In this document: in pieces, positions 1 through 10,226 of the stretch
Layout of the letters: each line of letters starts with the position of its first letter
Position numbering within the stretch: position 1 is the stretch's first letter
Assembly (NCBI RefSeq): GCF_006345805.1
Contig: NW_021836378.1
Span: 1 to 32,013, forward strand
Direction: 5' to 3'
DNA from: Octopus sinensis
Lineage: Eukaryota
Length of the DNA: 32,013 nucleotides
Notes under the pieces: model-generated
Database searches by the model: none
Seen by the model: the letters and a program-made list of their open reading frames with translations, nothing else
Told to the model about the DNA's origin: nothing
Position numbers and translations under genes: made by a program

Positions 1-271
1 CAACAGCATGGCACCACCATGGCACCACCATGTCATTTCAGTAGAACTGTTATTTGCTAACTACGAATGACGACACACGTGCTTGCGTGTTTGTTTGTAT
101 TTATATGCATGCAAGTGTGTGTATGTTTGTTACCATGCAATGACATCGAAGCCCTTACTATATAATTTGTGTTTCTACACAAAAAATACACCTGCATACA
201 CATATATACTAACTATGCATACATATATATATAAGTAAATGTTTGTGCGTGTATATATATATATATATATA

Positions 272-644
272 TCTCTCTATATAAACGGCAGTTTGTCTGT
301 GCGTTTTCTGTGTGTCTGTTTTCTCGTACCCTCACCCTGACCACGGCTTTCAACCGATTCTGATGGAACTTGACACACACACATAGCCCAATGTCATAAT
401 TCAAAACTAACGCAGCGAAAATTTTGAAAAGTTCCCCCAGTTCTGAAAAAGATCGATAAATTCGACATGGGGTCAAGAATCAGAAACCCAAACCACAGAC
501 CGTCTAGGGGACGCAACTCCACCTTTTTTAACTCTCAAAAAAAATTTACCATCATTTTTTTGCTATTTTTTGGCTATAACTCTCTAAAAATGCTTTATAG
601 TTATTTCCCTTACAAACCCGAGCAACGCCGGGCGATACTGCTAG
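272..644 (+). mobile_element. Non-autonomous Helitron-like element (family H1)
   Basis: Starts A|TC, ends CTAG|T, with subterminal hairpin CCCGAGCAACGCCGGG. Near-identical inverted copy at 11771-12146. Flanked by (TA)n on both sides. Confidence 0.85.
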
Positions 645-803
645 TATATATATATATATATATATTAGAAAAAATCCACCTTTTATTTTTTTCTAATACT
701 TTTATATATATATTATATTGTGTGGAATTTGATTTAGTATTTCTAAATTGAATTCTTTTTCCTTGTAAGTTTAGATTTTATTCCCTCAAATAATAATTAT
801 ATA

Positions 804-834
<31 letters not shown>

Positions 835-836
<2 letters not shown>

Positions 837-906
837 ACACAGCAGAGGTCAAGGTGTGCATACACAGCAGAGGTCAAGGTCAAACTTTGCCAGCTTCACT
901 CTGTGT
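835..906 (-). repeat. Short inverted copy of the neighbouring mariner 5' region
   Basis: 854-906 is the exact reverse complement (53/53) of 1283-1335. It is preceded by a 21-bp partial duplicate (835-855). Confidence 0.9.
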
Positions 907-1195
907 CATGTATATGTATGTATTTGTGTATGTATGAATAAATATATACTTATAAAGAAAACCCCAAAATAAATTTGTCATGTATTACAAGAAGTATATT
1001 TTATTTTTTTCCTTTTCCCCAGCTATCGAAGCTTTCCATGCAATGTACCTGTGTATACATAGATACCTACATCCGCATATACAATCAATCCCTCAAAGAC
1101 ATATATCAGTATGCGCATATACTCACTTATATACATACATATATATCTGTATATGTATATATATATGTGTGTGTGTATATATGTATGTATATATG

Positions 1196-1227
<32 letters not shown>

Positions 1228-2114
1228 TACAAGGTCTGATCAATAAGTATCCAGTGTGTTGCCAAAGTAACGAAGCTAAATCACACAGAGTGAAGCTGGC
1301 AAAGTTTGACCTTGACCTCTGCTGTGTATGCACACTAAATTTTAATGTTCTAGCTCAATTCCGCAGTTTACAGCAGTGCTTGGAAGGAAGGTGTGTTGCG
1401 TGTGATTGTCACATTGACCATGACAGAAAGTTGTCAATGCGATACCTGCTAAGAGGCCTACACAAAGTTGCAGAAAGTGTATGGAGAGGAGTGTATAAGC
1501 TGCACACAAGTGCACAAGTGGTTCAAATGCTTCCAAGATGGCCAACAAAATGTTGATATTGACAAATGTTCTGGAAAACCTGCAACCAGCAGGACTGAGA
1601 AAAACATTGTAGATGTGCATGGAGCTGTGAGGGGAAATTGTCGAATCACTATCCACAAGTTACCAGAGGATGTGCAGATTAGTTACAGTTCAGTTCGGTA
1701 TCACTGAAGATTTGGGTATGAGACGCATATCTGCCAAGTTTGTGCCAAAACTGCTTTCAGCTGACCAAAAGCCAGTCGGGTTTCAGTTGTACAAGATCTC
1801 CTTTATTGTGTTGAGAACAATGAAAACTTTTTGAAAACTCTGTGTAGGCCTCTGAGCAGGTATTGCCAAGCTTTTGGCAAATTTTGATGCAGATTCTCTG
1901 CTCAACTTTCTCTGTCATGGTCAATACGATGATCACATGCTACACACTTTCCTTCCAAGCACTGCTGTAAACAGCAAAAGTGAGCTAGAACATTAAAACT
2001 TAGTGCACATGCACAGCAGAGTTCAAGGTCAATCTGTACCAGGCGGCCTCCAACTGCATGCTTTATCTTCGTTACTATGGTAACAGTCCAAACGCTTATT
2101 GATTAGACCATGTA
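1228..2114 (+). mobile_element. Tc1/mariner derivative with two 5' ends (fold-back)
   Basis: TA-flanked TIRs: TACAAGGTCTGATCAATAAG and, as reverse complement, TACATGGTCTAATCAATAAG. Segment ~1838-2114 is an inverted, diverged copy of 1228-~1467. Confidence 0.85.
1420..1840 (+). pseudogene. Mariner transposase N-terminal (HTH) remnant, frameshifted, catalytic domain absent
   Basis: Peptides QKVYGEECISCTQVHKWFKCFQDGQQNVDIDKCSGKPATSRT and TEDLGMRRISAKFVPKLLSADQK match the mariner HTH and the WVPHEL-equivalent linker. Confidence 0.85.
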
Positions 2115-2580
2115 CATAAATACATAAATACATACATACATACATACATACATGCATACACACATACATACATACACACATACATACATACACACACACA
2201 TACATACATACATACACACATACATACACACACATACATACACACATACATACATACATACATACATACATACATACATAAATACATAAATACATACATA
2301 CATACATACATGCATACACACATACATACATACACACATACATACATACACACACACATACACACATACATACATACACACACATACATACATACAAACA
2401 TACATACACACACACATACATACACACATACATACATACATACATACATACATACATACACACATACATACACACACATACATACATACATACACACATA
2501 CATACATACATACATACATACACACACATACATACATACATACATACATTCATACATACATACATACATACATACATAAA
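2115..2580. repeat. Compound (CATA)n/(CA)n microsatellite
   Basis: Directly visible; source of the MYVC/HTYI pseudo-ORFs. Confidence 0.95.
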
Positions 2581-2816
2581 TGCATGTGTACCAGTATATG
2601 TATTTGCATGTGTCAGTGTGTGCCTGAATGTGTGTGTGTGCGAACTGTGAATTAATTCACATGTGTATACTTAAACATACATGCTGTTTCATTGTGCAAA
2701 CAGTCCCTGTAGTTAAGTTACAGTGCTATATTTACACAGTAAGGCGGACTGTTTTGTTAAGATTTACATATAGGTGGTTATCCATAATTTTTATACACCT
2801 TCAGTCATATCAGTAA

Positions 2817-3181
2817 CTAGCACTATGACCCGGCGTTGCCGGGTCATAGTGCTAGTGCATGAATATACAGCTGCGTGCGTGTGCACATACACGCGAGTTC
2901 TGTCCAAATCTCCGACCAATCACATACAGCTAGCTGGTATTCAATTGGCGTGTCAAGTTTCGGGCATTTTGATTGGGTTTTGGATAGAAAATTCACAAAA
3001 AAGTCACTTCTATTGATTTTTTTAATGGCTTTGCGGGGTGACTGGGGAAATGTAAAGATGTGCATGACCACCCTTGGACGGTTTCGAATGACCATAGAAG
3101 GTATGAGCTCTCACACTGAAAAATTTTGGATATGTATAAAGGACACACACTCAGACATTTTGCCATTTATATATATAGAGA
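2817..3181 (-). mobile_element. Non-autonomous Helitron-like element (family H2) with palindromic 3' end
   Basis: Minus strand starts A|TCTCTATATATATAAATGGC and ends CCCGGCAACGCCGGGTCATAGTGCTAG|T. Confidence 0.75.
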
Positions 3182-3325
3182 TATCAGGATTTTAACATCA
3201 AAACCTTCCCACTTCCATACTGCACACACACACACACACAATAATAGTATAAAATAGCCACCTATATATCATAATTGATGTAAATATGTCGTTGAAATTT
3301 ACTGCAGTATTTATATGGAGATATG

Positions 3326-3716
3326 GGATGGATAGAAGCACTCCGTCGGTTACGACGATGAGGGTTCCAGTTGATCCAAATCAACGGAACAGCCTGCTCA
3401 TGAAATTAATGTGTAAATGGCTGAGCACTCCACAGACACGTGCACCCTTAACGTAGTTCTCGGGGATATTCAGCGTGACACAGAGAGTGACAAGGCCGGC
3501 CCCTTGAAATACAGGTACAACAGAAACAGGAAGTAAGAGTGAGAGAAAGTTGTGGTGAAAGAGTACAGCAGGGATTACCATCATCCCCTGCCGGAGCCTC
3601 GTGGAGCCTTTAGGTATTTTCGCTCAATAAACACTCACAACGCCCGGTCTGGGAATCGAAACCGCGATTGTATGACCGCGAGTCCGCTGCCCTAACCACT
3701 GGGCCATTGTGCCTCC
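3326..3716 (-). mobile_element. tRNA-derived SINE family C, full length
   Basis: Head with A box TGGCCCAGTGG and B box GGTTTCGATTCCC. 11-bp TSD ATATGGAGATA at 3313-3323 and 3717-3727. Further copies at 12483, 19987 and 31753. Confidence 0.9.
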
Positions 3717-3897
3717 ATATGGAGATAACATCTCACATAGACATACTGAGATTAAAGACCCAAAATAATGGAGACAGAAATTATTCCAGCAGAAACTAGC
3801 AATATTTTTTGATGCATTTCTGTCTTCCTGAACATCATCAGTGGTCTGTACCCACAGACAGCTACATGCTTATATGAGATTTGTTGCCACTGACATA

Positions 3898-4128
3898 TAC
3901 GAAGGGATGCTGAAAAATTCCTGGTTTTAAGGGTATTGTGAAAGACCTGGTTGTAGGCCCAACCTTCCAAGTTCTTTTACAAGGCTTAGAAAAACTGAAG
4001 GACCCCTGCAGTAAGTTTGTGAATCTGGGAGGGAAATATGTTGAATCAAATTATAATTTCATAATTAACTGATCTTCTTGTATTTTGTTTTATCCTAAGC
4101 CAAAAACTTCTCAGCACCACCTTGTGTA
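3898..4128 (+). mobile_element. Internally deleted mariner (MITE-sized) retaining the transposase C-terminus
   Basis: TA-flanked degenerate TIRs (TACGAAGGGATGCTGAAAAATTCCTGG and rc TACACAAGGTGGTGCTGAGAAGTTTTTGG). Internal peptide GLEKLKDPCSKFVNLGGKYVE fits the mariner C-terminal motif. Confidence 0.8.
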
Positions 4129-4148
4129 GTGTTTTTAAACTCTATATA

Positions 4149-4478
4149 GTTAAGTTAAGTTAAGTTAATTTTTGGCTCTAAAAGCAAAAAGCAAGGCCAT
4201 GTAGGGGGACATGGAGTTATGTACAGAGAGGGTGTTCATGCAAAGAGTTCAGGCCATTTCTGGTCAAGAGAGACTTTGAACCGAGCGTTCATTGGCATCT
4301 TCACTATCTCGTCCGGCAGCTTATTCCACGAATCCACAACCCGGATGGAGAAAGCCCCTCTCCTTTGATTGAGATGAAATCGTCGCAGATACAGCTTTTC
4401 GGAATGACCCCGCAACCGACGCTCTGGAGCAGGAGTGAAGAACAGCTCTTTCGAGAGGTTACACTTTCCGCTCATGAT
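4149..4478 (-). mobile_element. CR1-clade LINE 3' end, 5'-truncated
   Basis: Peptide RLRGHSEKLYLRRFHLNQRRGAFSIRVVDSWNKLPDEIV...FKVSLD, followed by a 3' UTR and a (TTAAC)n tail. Confidence 0.85.
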
Positions 4479-4781
4479 GTTGTGAGCGAGAATGAGATAT
4501 GTTGGAAAGAGATGTTATCTCTGGATACACACTGGTGTAAATGTGCCTTTCAACAATGTATTTACATTAAGTATTATGAAGATGTGTGTGTGTGTGTGTG
4601 TGTATCATCATCATCCCCATTGTCATTGTTGTCATTTACATCTCTTTTTCCATGCTGGTATGAATTGGACGGTTTAACTGATTTAACAGTTAAACTGATT
4701 TAACGGTTAGCTACAGATGGAGATTGAAAAAAGTTTGAATCAATAGCGTGAAAAAGAAAGAGCAGACAAGGTGGCCTGGGT

Positions 4782-5104
4782 TATAAGAAATCAACCACCT
4801 CACCAACAACAACACTGAACACCTTTTTGATCTCCATGTGTCTAACACATGTGGACATGCCTACAAAGTCAGAAAACAGCACAGCTCCCATGACTTTCGG
4901 AAACATTTTTTCACACTCAGAGTTGCTGAAGCATGGAACAAACTGCCTGCGTCAGTTGTTGACTGCCATGACACTGCATCCTTTAAGGCCCTCATGCTTT
5001 CCGAAATCCGACGAAACTACACCTGATTATATATACACTTTAGATGAGTTGTAGTGCACCTGAGCACTGTACACAATGTTTTATTATTATTATTTTTATT
5101 ATTA
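4782..5104 (+). mobile_element. CR1-clade LINE 3' end (second family)
   Basis: Peptide TCGHAYKVRKQHSSHDFRKHFFTLRVAEAWNKLPASVV...FK, followed by a short UTR and an (ATT)n tail. Confidence 0.8.
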
Positions 5105-5486
5105 TGAAGTTAACTGATTATGGAGACTAACCCTTTAATCTATGCTGAAGCGTAAGACAAAGGCCATGATCAGGACTGATGACTTTTGCATGTCATGTGT
5201 AAGTATGCTAGGTAGGGGACCTGGAGGAGTAGAAGGGGATAAAATTGGAGGAAATTTGCTAAGTGCATGCAGTTCTGAGCTGGTTGCAAAGCAGATGAGA
5301 AGGTGGGCTGCACTGCTTATAGAACTAATGTTGCTGTGAAATGGAGGGAAAGAAGATTTTACGAAATTGGCGGAAATGATTTTGGCAAGGAACCAAGAGG
5401 ATTGGCTGCAGTTTGGAAGTTGCAATGGCTTGAGAACTGTACAGTGAACCAAGTCCTTACTGGATAAATATACATCTTTGTTGGAA

Positions 5487-5555
5487 TGGGTGTAAGTGTG
5501 TGTATATATATGGGTGTAAGTGTGTGTATATATGGGTGTAAGTGTGTGTATATAT
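5487..5555. repeat. Three copies of a 22-24-bp unit TGGGTGTAAGTGTGTGTATATA
   Basis: Directly visible. Confidence 0.9.
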
Positions 5556-5558
5556 AAA

Positions 5559-5789
5559 GGCGGCGAGCTGGCAGAAACATTAGCACACCGGGTGAAATGC
5601 GTAGCCGTATTTCGTCTGCCGTTATGTTCCATGTTCAAATTCCACTGAGGTCGACTTTGCCTTTCATCCTTTCGGGGTCGATAAATTAAGTACCAATTAC
5701 ACACTGGGGTCGATGTAATCGACTTAATCCCTTTGTCTGTCCTTGTTTGTCCCCTCTGTGTTTAGCCCCTTGTGGGTAGTAAAGAAATA
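5559..5789 (+). mobile_element. tRNA-derived SINE family B, monomer
   Basis: Head GGCGGCGAGCTGGCAGAA with B box GTTCAAATTCC. Central GCCTTTCATCCTTTCGGGGTCGATAAATTAAGTACC resembles, from memory, a Meta-type SINE domain. Many copies in the window. Confidence 0.9.
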
Positions 5790-5809
5790 TATATATATAT
5801 ATATGCGTA

Positions 5810-6072
5810 CATCATCATCATCATCATTTAGCGTCTGCTTTCCATGCTAGCATGGGTTGGACGGGTCAACTGGGGTCTGGGAAGCCAGGAGGCTGCACTA
5901 GGCTCCAGTCTGATCTGGCAATGTTTCTATGGCTGAATGCCTTTTCTAATGCCAACCACTCCATGAGTGTAGTGGGTGCTTTTTACGTGCCACCGGCACA
6001 GGTGCCAAGGGAGGCTGGCAGCGGCCACGATCAGTTGGTGCTTTTTACGTGCCACCGGCACAGAAGCCAGTC
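5810..6072 (-). mobile_element. Family D retroelement (RTE-like 3' end with (GAT)n tail), truncated
   Basis: Homologous to 6663-7089 and 29646-30082, including the AAGGCATTCAGCC/GAAGGGCATCCAG motif and the (GAT)n tail. Confidence 0.8.
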
Positions 6073-6473
6073 AAGTGTGTGTATATATTAACCCATATAT
6101 ACGTATATATACATACATGTAAACATTCATACATGATACACATACATGCAAGCATCATGTATACATCTACATGTAAACATGCATATGTACACATATTCAC
6201 ACTTCTACAAACATATATACTTTCATACATATGCACAAACAGTTTTATGCTCACACATACACACGTACATATACACACATATACAAACAAAATCTATGCA
6301 TACAAATACAAATACAATCATACATATAAAAAAATTACCTTTGGTCTGTTCTATAAAACTTTATCGGTAATTTAAAGTGGGATGACAAGGGTTCCAGTTG
6401 ACCTGATCAATGGAACAGCTTGCTCATGAAATTAACATGCAAGTGGTTGAGTACTCCACAGACATGCATACTC

Positions 6474-7118
6474 TTAACCCTTTTGTTACTAACCCGGCCA
6501 AACCTGGCTCTGTGGTAAAATGTCTTGTTTTCATAAGTTCTGAATTAAAATCTTCCACCAAACCTTAGTCACAATTTATGTTCCAAACACTAGCTGAATG
6601 ATAACTAAGTTATTTTACTAAATTCTTTGTTATATTTAAAGAAATTGAAAGTAACACAGAGCATCATCATCATCATCATCGTTTAACGTCCGCTTTCCAT
6701 GCTAGCATGGGTTGGACGATTCAACTGGGGTCTGGGAAGCCCGAAGGTTGTACCAGGCCAGTCAGATCTGGCAGTGTTTCTACAGCTGGATGCCCTTCCT
6801 AACGCCAACCACTCCGTGAGTGTAGTGGGTGATTTTTATGTGCCACCGACACAGGTGCCAGACGAGGCTGGTGAAAGGCCACGCTCGGATGGTGCCTTTT
6901 ACGTGCCACCGGCACGGAGGCCAGGCAAGGCTGGCAATGGCCACGATCGGATGGTGTTTGTTATGTGCCAACGGCACGGAGGCCAGTCGATGCAGCGCTG
7001 GCTACAGCCACGTTCGGATGGTTCTCTTACGTGCCACCGGCACGGGTATCACAACTACAAATTCCATTGATGTTGATCGATTTCGATTCCAAAATAAATA
7101 CAGTAACGAAAGGGTTAA
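6474..7118. mobile_element. TTAA-specific (piggyBac-type) MITE
   Basis: Ends TTAA|CCCTTTTGTTACT ... AGTAACGAAAGGG|TTAA. Confidence 0.85.
6663..7089 (-). mobile_element. Family D element with four ~62-bp internal repeats, inside the MITE
   Basis: Colinear with 29646-30082; (CAT)n on the plus strand is the tail. Confidence 0.85.
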
Positions 7119-7360
7119 CTTAGTTCTCAGGGAGATTCAGTGTGACTCAGATTGCCACAAGGCTGGCCCTTTGAAATACAGGCACTACTCATTTTTGTGA
7201 GCTTAGTGGACTGCAGCGATGTGAAATAAAGTGAAAATTTACAGGGACATGTAAAACGAGGTGAGGATGCGAGTGAGCTAGGTTAGAAATCCTCATCTTA
7301 AAAGGTGTCGTTGCTAGGGCCTAAAACGCACACTTTGACAAGTCTACTCTCATTTTTTAT

Positions 7361-7580
7361 GTGTCTGTCTTTCTCCATCTCTCACTCTCTTTCCTCCCTT
7401 CCTTTCACCTTCTCTCTATAACGTCGTTTCACAGCGTCTATTATCTTTCCCCCGCTGCCATCGCATTCTATTATCTGCCTGTCTTCCTCCATCTCTCTCT
7501 CTCTCTCTTTCCTCCCTTCATTTCACTTTCTCTCTATAACGTCGTTTGATAGTGTCTACTATCTTTCCTCAGCCGCCTTC
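7361..7580. repeat. Diverged ~118-bp tandem duplication in CT-rich DNA
   Basis: CTCTCTATAACGTCGTTT occurs twice, with ACGTCG at 7421 and 7539. Confidence 0.75.
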
Positions 7581-8103
7581 GCAAGCACTGTCACCCTCTC
7601 TCTCTCTCTCTACGTCTGTCTGCATTCATAAAGAGAATTATCATCGCCACCACCACAACCACCACCACAACCACCACCACCACACAATCATGAGAATCTT
7701 TCTCTTACAACGTGCTGCTGAGAATCAAGCTTACAACCCTATGAGCAGGAGCTGAATATTCTAGCCACTAAGCCATGCACCTTCACCTGCATCACAGAAC
7801 CAGATGTAGTCCCAGCAGGGTTGGAACCAGAAGGGTTAAAATTCTATTTCAATAGGATTCCTTATATGTAAAACCTAAAGATTTTGATGCGTTAATAATT
7901 GCATTCCCCTCTTCACTGATTTCTGTTTCATTTTCGAAGAGGCTTGAGTCATACTTCTCAGCCTTGTTAAAAGTAAAAATCATAGCAGCAAATGTTTTGT
8001 CCTTCATATTTTATTTTTAATTTTAGAATTGATGAAATTATATTCAGCCATATCTTATATCTGCATTCAATTTTGATGGAGACTACTCATGGAAAATACT
8101 CTT

Positions 8104-8130
8104 TCAGATATGGTGCTGCTTTGTGGCAAG
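8104..8130 (-). CDS. Possible terminal coding exon (LATKQHHI*), unidentified gene
   Basis: Acceptor CATTACAGTTTTACAG. Phase matches the 8278-8344 exon across a 147-bp intron. AATAAA lies ~90 nt downstream. Confidence 0.3.
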   Translation of the reverse strand, partial: LATKQHHI

Positions 8131-8277
8131 CTGTAAAACTGTAATGCCTAATCTGACATATATGCTAATCCAGGTCTCCTAGCTTTCATTTTTAAGTGTT
8201 GCAGTTTTACATTAAAATTTCTAACCTGTCAGTAGCAATTTCTTTAAGAAATACATTATGCAATCAAGAGTTCTTAC

Positions 8278-8344
8278 CAGTTCACACCTTGATTTCTCTG
8301 TTTCTCCAGTTTTAAATTGATCAGCCAAAGTTAAAAAGTAAGAG
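8278..8344 (-). CDS. Putative 67-nt internal exon (SYFLTLADQFKTGETEKSRCEL), unidentified gene
   Basis: Acceptor CATCTATTTTTTACAG and donor CTG|GTAAGA. Only one of three frames is open. The sequence is not recognisably repetitive. Confidence 0.5.
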
Positions 8345-8439
8345 CTGTAAAAAATAGATGTATGACTTGAACAAACTCTTAGGAAATAGAATTTTAATCT
8401 TTTGAAGGTTTTCGTCATTTCTAGATATATAGATATATA

Positions 8440-8605
8440 GGCGCAGTGGCTGTGTGGTAAGTAGCTTGCTAACCAACCACATGGTTCCGGGTTCAGTCCC
8501 ACTGCGTGGCACCTTGGGCAAGTGTCTTCTACTATAGCCTCGGGCCGACCGAAGCCTTGTGAGTGGATTTGGTAGACGGAAACTGAAAGAAGCCCGTCGT
8601 ATATA

Positions 8606-8661
<56 letters not shown>

Positions 8662-9570
8662 TTGTGTGTGTTTGTGTGTCTGTGTTTGTCCCCCTAGCAT
8701 TGCTTGACAACCCATGCTGGTGTGTTTATGTCCCTGTTACTTAGCGGTTCGGCAAAGAAACCGATAGAATAAGTACTGGGCTTACAAAAGAATAAGTCCC
8801 GGGGTCGATTTGCTCGACTAAAGGCGGTGCTCCAGCATGGCCACAGTCAAATGGCTGAAACAAGTAAAAGAGACCGATAGAATAAGTACTAGGCTTACAA
8901 AGAATAAGTCCCGGGGTCGATTTGCTCGATCGACTAAAGGCGGTGCTCCAGCATGGCCACATTCAAATGACTGAAACAAGTAAAAGAGACTGATAGAATA
9001 AGTACTAGGCTTACAAAGAATAAGTCCCGGGGTCGATTTGTTCGACTAAAGGCGGTGCTCCAGCATGGCCGCAGTCAAATGACTGAAACAAGTAAAAGAG
9101 ACCGATAGAATAAGTACTGGGCTTACAAACAATAAGTCCCAGGGTCGATTTGCTCGACTAAAGGCGGTGCTCCAGCATGGCCACAGTCAAATGACTGAAA
9201 CAAGTAAAAGAGACTGATAGAATAAGTACTGGGCTTACAAATAATAAGTCCCCGGGGTCGATTTGCTCGACTAAAAGGCGGTGCTCCAGCATGGTCGCAG
9301 TCAAACGACTGAAACAAGTAAAAGAGACCGATAGAATAAGTACTAGGCTTACAAAGAATAAGTCCTGGGGTCGAGTTGCTCGATCGACTGAAAGGCGGTG
9401 CTGCAGCATGGCCGCAGTCAAATGACTGAAACAAGTAAAAGAGACCGATAGAATAAGTACTGGGCTTACAAAGAATAAGTCCCCGGGGTCGATTTGCTCG
9501 ATCGACTGAAAGGCGGTGCTGCAGCATGGCCGCAGTCAAATGACTGAAACAAGTAAGAGAGTAAAGAGTA
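8440..9570 (+). mobile_element. tRNA-derived SINE family A with seven tandem copies of its ~113-bp 3' segment
   Basis: Head GGCGCAGTGGCTGTGTGG...GGTTCAGTCCC, CORE/V-like GGCACCTTGGGCAAG, and an internal (TA)n. Units start at 8761, 8874, 8990, 9102, 9214, 9328 and 9445. Confidence 0.9.
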
Positions 9571-9704
9571 TACATGATGAGTTCTTTGAGTCAGGGTGTT
9601 CAGTTTTCAATTATATACAGTTCTGTTTCCAATTCCTACATGTGTGTATACATGATTTATACATGTGTATACGTTTGTGCATGTTATCCATTAAAACAGG
9701 CACA

Positions 9705-9853
9705 GGTGCAGGCGTGGCTGTGTAGTAAGAAGCTTGCTTCCCAACCACATGGTTCCAGGTTCAATCCCACTGTAAGGCACCTTGGGCAAGTCTCTTCTGC
9801 TATAGCCTCAGACTGACCAAAGCTTGGTAGACAGAAACTGAAAAGAAGTCCAT
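9705..9853 (+). mobile_element. Older SINE family A 5' half
   Basis: Diverged match to the family A head and body. Confidence 0.8.
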
Positions 9854-10226
9854 CTGTGAGAGCCACAGTTCCAATCGCACGTGTCTTGAATGGGCTGGAG
9901 TATTTCTATTTTGGATATACTTGGGGTACTTAATTGTGCTCATGACTTAGTGTTTTGCTTCTTCCATGGGTATGAGTAAGTATCTCATTTATTTCTTTGC
10001 CACATTTATCAATGACGAAGGGAGGGTTCTCACGAACTAACCCTGAAATCAGTCCGATATGGTAATAATGGAATTTTTTAGAAATTTCTGTCGGCTTTTT
10101 TCGAGTAGCGTGCGTATTGTGAAAAATTATATGGTAATGGACAATATGTCCAAATTTCGACATATTTGGCATTAGGAATTATTTCGCTTGCCCTTATTTA
10201 TAAGTTATATATATATATATATATAT

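Larger units (their letters stand above)
6378..7230 (-). mobile_element. Old family-C-related SINE split by nested insertions (pieces 6378-6473 and 7119-7230)
   Basis: The two pieces rejoin across the duplicated TTAA into the family C sequence CCCTTAACGTAGTTCTCGGGGA. Confidence 0.7.

Noticed and set aside
2029-2579. Long ORFs of MYVC/HTYI repeats (also 13961-14609, 15618-16376, 16640-17521)
   Set aside because: They are translations of TA/CA/TATG microsatellites, with no splice or codon evidence.
3811-3841. Minus-strand CTGATGA...GAAA hammerhead-like core
   Set aside because: Stem II is weak and no stem I pairing is possible.
5135-5490. Moderately complex ORFs on both strands
   Set aside because: No recognisable domain or splice pair; possibly an old LINE fragment, but I cannot support a call.
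8027-8140. Plus-strand acceptor followed by IDEIIF...THGKYSFRYGAALW
   Set aside because: No good donor. The peptide may be a faint LINE C-terminal relic or chance, and it overlaps the minus-strand candidate 3' end.
8761-9570. CRISPR-like appearance of regular arrays (also 17728-17905 and 22626-22839)
   Set aside because: The units are contiguous without unique spacers, the context is eukaryotic, and there are no cas genes.
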